Shown: positions 57,460-64,000 of the stretch, piece after piece
Layout: every line of letters starts with the position of its first letter
How positions within the stretch are numbered: the stretch's first letter is position 1
DNA from: Acholeplasmataceae bacterium
GTDB taxonomy: Bacteria; Bacillota_I; Bacilli_A; ML615J-28; CAG-698
DNA: 64,000 nt
Assembly (NCBI GenBank): GCA_012838705.1
Contig: DUOT01000015.1
Location: forward strand, 18,367 to 82,366
Direction of reading: 5' to 3'
Program-made: the position numbers and the translations under genes
The notes under the pieces: model-generated
Told to the model about the DNA's origin: nothing
Database searches by the model: none
What the model saw: the letters and a program-made list of their open reading frames with translations, nothing else

Positions 57460-59642
57460 TTGCTCCCCCTTAAAATTATTTTATTTTGATAACGACGATA
57501 AAAATTGTCATATGTTATTTTAAAAATATCGTCATTAGTATAACCACGTTTTAACATTGTATCTAGAAGTTTACTAACAAATGTTGCATTGGGTAAATCT
57601 AAAAGATTTTCATTTTCTTCTTCTAAATAATCCATAAAATCAAATCCAAAACATACATTATCAATCCCCATTACACTTACTGCATAATCGATATGGTCAA
57701 TAAAATGATCAATATCTCGCTCTTCTTTATTTTGCGATACAAATGAACCAGCAAGCGTAAGTCCTAATAGTCCATCAACCTCTTTTAATGCTTTCATTTG
57801 TTTTGTATTTACATTACGAGGATGGTCACATATCTCTTTTACATTACCATGGGAATAAATAATATTTTTTTGTGTGTAACCAAGAACATCAAAAAAGCTT
57901 TTTTCATTTAAATGAGCAAGGTCAATAATCATATCAAGCTTTTCCATTAATGAAAGTAATTTTTTCCCTTGGTCAGTTAACCCATAGTTTGGATCAGCCT
58001 TAACTCCTCCTGCATATTTGTTTTCTTCATTCCAAGTTAACATAGCATGTCTAAACCCTAGATTATATAACACTTCAATGTCTTCAGGTTTTTGTAAGTT
58101 TCTTAATCCTTCTAAACCTAATATTACTTGAAAACCTGGAAGCAAGTTTAAATCTATTTCTTTAAGTGCAGTTTTACATGCCTCGATTAAATCAAAATCA
58201 TCAGGTGAATACATTGTCCATAACCCACCTTTAATTGGCCCATTTTGCAATTGTTTTACATGATATAAAAATCTGTCTTTTTCGCCTTCTTTAACCTTAG
58301 TATGTAAATCATATAAAATATCTGTATGAATATCAAACACTTTCGGAGTAATTAAATCATTTTTCACAAGATCACAATATTCCTCTCTTTTAATAACAAC
58401 TTTGATATTATCACCCTTTACAAATACTACTGCAGGTCTTAATGCACTATTATAATTAGACGCCATCGGATAACAATAAGCTCCTGTAGCATATGTAATT
58501 AAATAGTCATCTTTTTGAACTTTCCCTAACATAATATCATGTGCAATGATATCACCAGATTCACAAAGTTTACCTGCAATATCATAAATATTTTCTTCAT
58601 CTGAATAAAATCGATTTGCAATTGATGCTGTGTATTTTGCTTGGTAGAGAGCAGGACGAATATTATCACTCATTCCCCCATCAATAAAAACATATTTCTT
58701 TCCACCAAAAGTTTCTTTAATACTACCAACTTTATAAACTGTTATTCCAGCATCACCAACAATACTACGTCCAGGTTCAATCATTAGTTTATCAATCTTT
58801 AAACCATTACGACCTAAATCGCGATTAACAGTACGAATAATATTATTAATAATTGTTTTTAAATCGATATCAATATCATCTGGCGTATATTTAATAGCAA
58901 AGCCACCACCAAGATTTAAGACTTTAGTTTTAAAGTGATATTCATCACTAATCATTTTTATAAAACCACTAAGGATTCTTATTTCACCAATATATGCTCT
59001 TGAACTACTAATATTAGATCCAATATGGGAATGAAATCCTTCTAGATTTAAATATTGATTTTCACTACATATTGCAATCATTTTTCCTATTTTTTCGCGA
59101 TCATAAATTGATTCACCAAATTTAGAATTAAGAAGTGCAGTTTTTATATAATCATGAGTATGAGCTTCGATTCCGGGATTAACTCTAAATAAAAGATTTA
59201 CTTTCTTTTTTAATTTTCTTGTTAATTCATCTAAAGTCTTTAATTCTTCAAAATTATCAACTACAATATATCCAACACTATTTTCAATACAAAAGATTAG
59301 TTCTTCTTCAGATTTATTATTGCCATGCATCAATACTTTTGCCATCGGAAACCCCGACCTCTTAACAATATAAAGATCTCCTAAACTAACACAATCAATA
59401 CTCATATTGTATTCGTTTATTAAATCACACATATAAGGTGTTAGAAATGCTTTTGATGCATAAACAACTTCACATTGATATAAATCACTTTTAAAATTTT
59501 CTTTGAATGTGGAAAGTTTTTCTCGAATGTGATTTTCATCATATATCATTAAAGGGGTTTTATATTTATCTGCTATGTCACTTATTTTATGGTTTCCAAT
59601 ATATAAATTATTATCGACAACACTCATTGACTTTGTTAACAT
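57456..59642 (-). CDS. fusion protein: N-terminal diaminopimelate-decarboxylase-like PLP enzyme (Orn/DAP/Arg decarboxylase family 2) + C-terminal M19 membrane-dipeptidase-like domain
   Basis: The N-terminal roughly 430 aa carry YASKAF (PLP-Lys), LNLGGGF, EPGRSIVG and CESGD, the LysA hallmarks. From about residue 435, …FDIHTDILYDLH… and …DLAHLNEKSFFD… resemble M19 (renal-dipeptidase family) motifs. Confidence 0.6.
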   Translation of the reverse strand: MLTKSMSVVDNNLYIGNHKISDIADKYKTPLMIYDENHIREKLSTFKENFKSDLYQCEVVYASKAFLTPYMCDLINEYNMSIDCVSLGDLYIVKRSGFPMAKVLMHGNNKSEEELIFCIENSVGYIVVDNFEELKTLDELTRKLKKKVNLLFRVNPGIEAHTHDYIKTALLNSKFGESIYDREKIGKMIAICSENQYLNLEGFHSHIGSNISSSRAYIGEIRILSGFIKMISDEYHFKTKVLNLGGGFAIKYTPDDIDIDLKTIINNIIRTVNRDLGRNGLKIDKLMIEPGRSIVGDAGITVYKVGSIKETFGGKKYVFIDGGMSDNIRPALYQAKYTASIANRFYSDEENIYDIAGKLCESGDIIAHDIMLGKVQKDDYLITYATGAYCYPMASNYNSALRPAVVFVKGDNIKVVIKREEYCDLVKNDLITPKVFDIHTDILYDLHTKVKEGEKDRFLYHVKQLQNGPIKGGLWTMYSPDDFDLIEACKTALKEIDLNLLPGFQVILGLEGLRNLQKPEDIEVLYNLGFRHAMLTWNEENKYAGGVKADPNYGLTDQGKKLLSLMEKLDMIIDLAHLNEKSFFDVLGYTQKNIIYSHGNVKEICDHPRNVNTKQMKALKEVDGLLGLTLAGSFVSQNKEERDIDHFIDHIDYAVSVMGIDNVCFGFDFMDYLEEENENLLDLPNATFVSKLLDTMLKRGYTNDDIFKITYDNFYRRYQNKIILRGSK

Positions 59643-59662
59643 GGTTTCTCCTCATTCTAGTT

Positions 59663-60616
59663 TCACATTAGCACTTTTACAATTTCTTTAAATTCATCAT
59701 AGCTTTTTATATTTCTTAATTTTTGACGAAACTCTTTTGCATTACTAAACCCTTTTACATACCAAGAAGCAAGACTTCTCATTTCTAATATTGCAATCGC
59801 TTCACCTTTTAACTCTATTAACTTTTCAAGATGTAAAAGCATCGTATTAATTTTTTCTTCATTAGTCGGCGGAGTATATGGTTTGTTATTAAAATATGCA
59901 TCAATTTCTGTAACTAACCATGGATTTCCAAAGGTTCCCCTACCAATCATAATCGCATCAACACCAGTATAATTAATCATATTAATTGCATCTTCTAAAG
60001 ATTTAATATCACCATTACCGATAACCGGTATTGAAACGCTTTCTTTTACAAGCTTAATATAATCCAGATTTACTTTACCACTATATAAATCTGTTTTTGT
60101 TCGTCCATGAATTGCAATGAGGCTTGCTCCAGCTCTTTCACATGCTTTAGCAATTTCATCACAATTAATATGTTTATGATCCCATCCCGCTCTTATCTTA
60201 ACTGATACGGGTTTATTTACCGCTTTAACAACACTTGATACAATTTCTTCCACTTTCACAACATCCTGAAGTAAATAAGCACCACTTTGAGCTTTTAATA
60301 CCTTTTTTACAGGACAACCAAGATTAATATCAATAATATCACAACTAGTATTTTCATCTACTAATTTAGCGGCTTTTGATAAATCTTCAGCTTCACCACC
60401 AAACAGTTGTAAACTGACAGGATGCTCTATTGGACCTATTTTCGTAAGGTCCCAAGTTTTATCATTATCATATAATAATCCCTTGGCACTTATCATTTCT
60501 GTATATACTAAACTTGCTCCTGCTTGCTTCATCAATTGACGATAAACGCTATTTGTATATCCAGCAAGAGGAGCAATGATAACCTTTCCTTTTATCTCAA
60601 TATTACCAACTTTCAT
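59663..60616 (-). CDS. dus: tRNA-dihydrouridine synthase
   Basis: …IIAPLAGYTNSVYRQLMKQAGASLVYTEMISA… is the Dus TIM-barrel N-terminus. The catalytic Cys is present (…INLGCPVKKV…). Confidence 0.85.
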   Translation of the reverse strand: MKVGNIEIKGKVIIAPLAGYTNSVYRQLMKQAGASLVYTEMISAKGLLYDNDKTWDLTKIGPIEHPVSLQLFGGEAEDLSKAAKLVDENTSCDIIDINLGCPVKKVLKAQSGAYLLQDVVKVEEIVSSVVKAVNKPVSVKIRAGWDHKHINCDEIAKACERAGASLIAIHGRTKTDLYSGKVNLDYIKLVKESVSIPVIGNGDIKSLEDAINMINYTGVDAIMIGRGTFGNPWLVTEIDAYFNNKPYTPPTNEEKINTMLLHLEKLIELKGEAIAILEMRSLASWYVKGFSNAKEFRQKLRNIKSYDEFKEIVKVLM

Positions 60617-60879
60617 ATATAATCACCATAAAGTTTTACATTCGTATTTTATCACAAAACGGCTAAAAAAGCAATGAAAAAGAGGGAGAAATTGATTTTG
60701 CTTAAACTCTCCCTTTTTTAATATAAATAAACTTGTTATGTTTTATATTCTAAACTTCGTTATACATATAACCTAAAAGTATTTGAAAATTTTTCACTTT
60801 CACTAGAAAAATGACCTAATTCTATTATTTCTTTAATTGTAAAAATATAATCAAATAAATCTTCCAAACCATCAGCTCT

Positions 60880-61171
60880 ATCTGTTGGTATTAATACTAT
60901 ACAAACCTTTTTCCTTAAGATATTTCATAAAATCTTTATATTGAGTATCGTGCTATAATTTCTCCACTTCCGGGTATTCTATAATGTTCTCTTTCACAAA
61001 ATAACGAAATTTATGTTTATAACCCAAAGAATTAATTTCCTTTAACATTTTTTGGAGTACTTTTTTATCATAATCATTAAAAATATAATCTTAATAAACA
61101 ATTTCATCTTTAATTGCTGATTTTACAAGAAATGCATTAACATCTTTATCTTTCATTATTACCTCCTGTAA
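60880..61171 (-). pseudogene. decayed small gene: intact AGGAGG RBS + ATG followed by an ORF interrupted by in-frame stop codons
   Basis: On the minus strand, AGGAGG plus 7 nt precedes ATG. The reading frame is then MKDKDVNAFLVKSAIKDEIVY*DYIFNDYDKKVLQKMLKEINSLGYKHKFRYFVKENIIEYPEVEKL*HDTQYKDFMKYLKEKGLYSINTNR*…. All three stops are in the same frame with no frameshift, and there is no intact ORF longer than about 45 codons. Confidence 0.4.
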
Positions 61172-61363
61172 AAGATATCCAACAAATATAGGTATATAAT
61201 AATAAATGTTTGAAATAGAAACTTTTTGACACCTTTGTAAGTTATATTATCTTAATATATTATTTACTAATTCACGTAATTCTTTTTCCATTTTATACCT
61301 CTCCAATATGTATTATAACATATAACTTATTCTATTTAATCTAAAATTTGGTAAAATGTATCA

Positions 61364-61405
61364 ATAAAAAAAGGTGGTATATTCATTAGAATATTACCAC
61401 CTTTT
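61364..61405 (-). terminator. intrinsic terminator after the first GH18 gene
   Basis: A long hairpin GGTGGTATATTC…GAATATTACCACC follows the 61414 stop. A T6-7 run follows it on the minus strand. Confidence 0.75.
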
Positions 61406-61413
61406 ATAAACTA

Positions 61414-62415
61414 TTATTTTAACCCTTCTACTATTGCTTTAGTTAATGTACTATCAGCATCATCTTGGCAATATTCCCATACCATAACACCACCAAGTCC
61501 ATGCTCTTTTACATACCTACATTTATTTTTAATTGATTCTGCATCTTCATAAGAAATAAATGTATCTTTACCATATACGAAGCTTGCTTTAGCATCTTCA
61601 TCATATCCTTTTTGATACTCTGGGTTATTCACATATTCATCCATAATCTTTACATATGTAATATGTGTTCGTTTAGTACATTCGCTTCCAATTCCATTAG
61701 CACCAGTAAAGATATGTCCATAATATGCAATTCCAACTATAACTTTTTCTTTTGTAATTCCACTTTCGATATATCCATTCACTGCTTCATCAACACTAGC
61801 CAAGCTATATTGTGAAGGATATAAGTTTGTGTGATGAGTAGCTTTCTGCATACTACTCATATCATAAGTCATAATATGAAGATAATCAAGTAATGGATTT
61901 AACTTAGCAATTTCATAATAAGTATTAAAATTACTTGCTGGAACAGCAATTGTTAGAAGTAAGTTTTCATCTAAATCATTTAATGCTTTTCTTAATTCTT
62001 CCATGAAAAGCGTAAAGTTTTCACGATCTTCAGGTGCTGATGATATGCCTGCAACACTAGTTGTTGGATATTCCCAGTCCATATCAACACCATCAAAATG
62101 ATGCTTTTCTACCGCTTCTACAATCGACTTAACAAATGTAGTTCTACTTTCAGGTGTACTTACAGCTTCACTAAAACCTCCAGCACCCCATCCACCAATA
62201 GATAAAACTACTCTCACACCTTCCGCATGAGCACCACCAATAACTTCTTCAATGTTTTTAAGTCTTGAAAGGCTTACCTTTCCATCCTCAACAACACCAA
62301 ACGAATAATTAATAACATCAATTCGTTTTAAATCGTCTTTACGATAACCTGTAAATAAACGGTCATATAAATAAGTAAAGACCATTTTTTCTTTTAGTGG
62401 TTTTAAATTAATCAT
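61414..62415 (-). CDS. glycoside hydrolase family 18 (chitinase / endo-beta-N-acetylglucosaminidase-like), catalytic-domain-only, no signal peptide evident
   Basis: The catalytic motif is DGVDMDWEYP (DxxDxDxE). …VVLSIGGWGAGGF… matches the GH18 beta-3/4 region. It is 333 aa. Confidence 0.8.
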   Translation of the reverse strand: MINLKPLKEKMVFTYLYDRLFTGYRKDDLKRIDVINYSFGVVEDGKVSLSRLKNIEEVIGGAHAEGVRVVLSIGGWGAGGFSEAVSTPESRTTFVKSIVEAVEKHHFDGVDMDWEYPTTSVAGISSAPEDRENFTLFMEELRKALNDLDENLLLTIAVPASNFNTYYEIAKLNPLLDYLHIMTYDMSSMQKATHHTNLYPSQYSLASVDEAVNGYIESGITKEKVIVGIAYYGHIFTGANGIGSECTKRTHITYVKIMDEYVNNPEYQKGYDEDAKASFVYGKDTFISYEDAESIKNKCRYVKEHGLGGVMVWEYCQDDADSTLTKAIVEGLK

Positions 62416-62441
62416 TTACTACCTCTCTTATTAATTTTTTT

Positions 62442-64000
62442 CTATTTATATAAATTATTATAAATAGCATTTAAAAGTGTGCTTGCTTCATCATCTTGAT
62501 TATATTCCCATACCATTAAGCCACCTAAGTTATTATTAATTGCATACTTAGCTTTCTCTGCAATTGATTCTGGAGATTCATAACTAATAAAGAAACTATC
62601 TCCAAAAAGCCAATATGCTTTCGCAGTTTCATCATAGTAAACCTTATATAAAGGATTGTTTAAATAATTGTTTACAAGATTTTTATATGTTATTGAACTA
62701 TGTTTAAAGGCGTTTCCTTCTTTAACGGTATTTTTACCCATTCCGTTGCCATTATTATCTGTAGTAACAAATGTATGGCCATAAAAAGCAACACCCATTA
62801 TTACTTTTTCACTATCCATTCCACGGTTTATATAAGCCTTTACAGCTAAATCTGCACTTGATCCAGTCTTATATTGTGAAGTATATAAATTTGTGTGATG
62901 TGTAGTTATAGGCGTTCCATAGTCTACCATGTCATAAGTCATAACATGCATGAAGTCAATAATATTATTTAACTTGCTTACTTCATAGTAATTGTCAGCT
63001 GCCCATGATCCAGCTGCAACAGCAATACTTAAAATTAAATCTTCATCAACTTTATCCATTGCAGCTCGTAAATCTTCCATAAAATATGTTAGATTTACTT
63101 TATCTGAAGGATGAGCTTCAATTAATCCACTAGCAGTAGAAGTTGGATATTCCCAATCAATATCAATACCATCAAAGCGATATTTCTCGATTCCTTCAAT
63201 TATAGAATCAATAAATATCTTTCTTGATGCTTTTGTTCGTACTGCTTGACTGAATCCGTCAACACCCCAACCTCCGATTGCTAGAACTACCCTAGTTCCA
63301 GCTTCGTGTGCCTCGTTAACAATCTGCGCACGATTAGGCATTCCACTTACACTTAATTTCCCATTTACAATTCCACCAAAAGATAGATTTATAACGTCAA
63401 TTTTATCTAAATCACCTTCTCGGATTCCATTATATCCCCATGAATCATATAAATATGTAAATGTTAGTTTTTTTTCATCACGTGATTTTAATTCGTAACG
63501 AGGAACATGAATAGTTTTTGTAAACTTACCTTGTATTCTTCCAACTTTAAATGTTGCTTCTAAAGTAACATCTTTGTCGGTTTTTGCGGAAGAAACTTTT
63601 CCAATACGACTTATCGTATTTTCATCAGAACTACTCCAAGTAAGTCTAATATTACCATCATAGAAAAATGGAATATTAAGATCTCCAGTCGTAGCTTCAC
63701 TTGGAATTGTATCTTCTAAAAAACTAATTATTTCTTCAATCGTCTCATAACTAGGTAAATCATTATAGACGATTATTTCATATTCATCATAAACAGTTTC
63801 ATCGTGAGCTGATGCAGCTTTAATTATAACTGTTCCATTATCAATACCTGTTACAACACCTTCATCATCAACTGTTGCGATAAGATCATCAGATGATGAC
63901 CATATAATATCTTGTGATGCACTAGTTGGATAAGTTACAAATTCTAATGAAATTGTATTTTCTCCAACAGTAATTTCGTTATTTCCAGAAAGATTAACAA
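62442..64000 (-). CDS. second GH18 protein, 3' two-thirds; larger multidomain paralog with Big_2 and other N-terminal domains, extending beyond the window end
   Basis: The GH18 motif is DGIDIDWEYP. It is about 50% identical to the first GH18 gene over the catalytic domain. The reading frame is open upstream of 63341 to the window edge, with no stop. That upstream part encodes …IIWSSSDDLIATVDDEGVVTGIDNGTVIIKAAS…, which is Big_2-like. The ORF-track entry 62442-63341 is only the segment from an internal Met. Confidence 0.7.
   Translation of the reverse strand, partial: VNLSGNNEITVGENTISLEFVTYPTSASQDIIWSSSDDLIATVDDEGVVTGIDNGTVIIKAASAHDETVYDEYEIIVYNDLPSYETIEEIISFLEDTIPSEATTGDLNIPFFYDGNIRLTWSSSDENTISRIGKVSSAKTDKDVTLEATFKVGRIQGKFTKTIHVPRYELKSRDEKKLTFTYLYDSWGYNGIREGDLDKIDVINLSFGGIVNGKLSVSGMPNRAQIVNEAHEAGTRVVLAIGGWGVDGFSQAVRTKASRKIFIDSIIEGIEKYRFDGIDIDWEYPTSTASGLIEAHPSDKVNLTYFMEDLRAAMDKVDEDLILSIAVAAGSWAADNYYEVSKLNNIIDFMHVMTYDMVDYGTPITTHHTNLYTSQYKTGSSADLAVKAYINRGMDSEKVIMGVAFYGHTFVTTDNNGNGMGKNTVKEGNAFKHSSITYKNLVNNYLNNPLYKVYYDETAKAYWLFGDSFFISYESPESIAEKAKYAINNNLGGLMVWEYNQDDEASTLLNAIYNNLYK

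Noticed and set aside
1-64000. Alternative genetic code (Mollicutes-like code 4), given the very low GC
   Set aside because: Long ORFs close cleanly at standard stops, and conserved proteins (PolA, FeoB, CotE) are full length under the standard code. There is no sign of TGA read as sense.
1-64000. CRISPR arrays, tRNA/rRNA genes, transposases/integrases, prophage or defence-system signatures
   Set aside because: There are no direct-repeat/spacer arrays and no cloverleaf-like conserved tRNA stretches. I recognised no recombinase, restriction, abortive-infection or toxin domains. The only decayed element, at 60.6-61.4 kb, has no mobile-element hallmarks.

Overview
The window is a low-GC (roughly 30% GC) Firmicute chromosome segment. 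Almost all genes are on the minus strand and densely packed, often with overlapping stop and start codons. Gene order and several unmistakable orthologues point to a spore-forming Bacilli/Erysipelotrichia-like organism; genus is not determinable from sequence alone. The orthologues are CotE, SpoVS, YmdB, MiaB, and the dnaI/dnaB–coaE–mutM–polA block. I see no rRNA, tRNA, CRISPR array, transposase or integrase.

Layout by region:
- 1–6.5 kb: replication and repair housekeeping genes (dnaI partial, DnaB/DnaD-like, coaE, mutM, nitroreductase, polA).
- 6.5–12.9 kb: VanY-like D,D-carboxypeptidase; a small Pro/Tyr-rich basic protein; feoAB convergent on a shared terminator; divergent DtxR-family regulator plus DUF362/ferredoxin gene; a LysM protein with a Tyr/Pro-rich tail next to cotE.
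- 12.9–21.2 kb: miaB, ECF S-component, a P-loop kinase, mrp/apbC, GNAT, spoVS, ymdB, and an acidic Big_2 lipoprotein.
- 21.4–24.8 kb: an LctBCD-type lactate dehydrogenase/electron-transfer flavoprotein (glcD-like, ferredoxin-fused etfA, etfB).
- 24.9–52.0 kb: one very long co-directional amino-sugar / cell-wall glycan utilisation locus. It holds MurNAc recycling genes (murQ, anmK, a BadF-type kinase, DUF871/MupG-like, GH3 NagZ, DUF1343/NamZ-like, YesL/DUF624), nagB, a second GH3, a GH20-like hexosaminidase and two pairs of sugar ABC permeases. It also holds a lipoprotein solute-binding protein with a Big_2 domain, a 1009-aa TM-anchored solute-binding-protein fusion carrying two carbohydrate-binding-like repeats, a 1037-aa TM-anchored ectoprotein, an NHL/TPR beta-propeller with a C-terminal anchor, and a Yip1-like membrane protein. 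No ABC ATPase and no transcriptional regulator lies within these about 27 kb.
- 52.6–60.6 kb: a peptidoglycan-peptide salvage-like operon (queH, DUF187/GHL10-like, LD-carboxypeptidase, GNAT, beta-lactamase-fold serine hydrolase, an unusual DAP-decarboxylase::M19-dipeptidase fusion, dus).
- 60.6–64.0 kb: a decayed intergenic region with a pseudogene remnant and a micro-ORF, then two tandem paralogous GH18 genes, the second running off the window.

The most interesting candidates for something not well described are the transporter-associated ectoprotein module at 42.4–50.2 kb and the LysA::M19 fusion at 57.5–59.6 kb.
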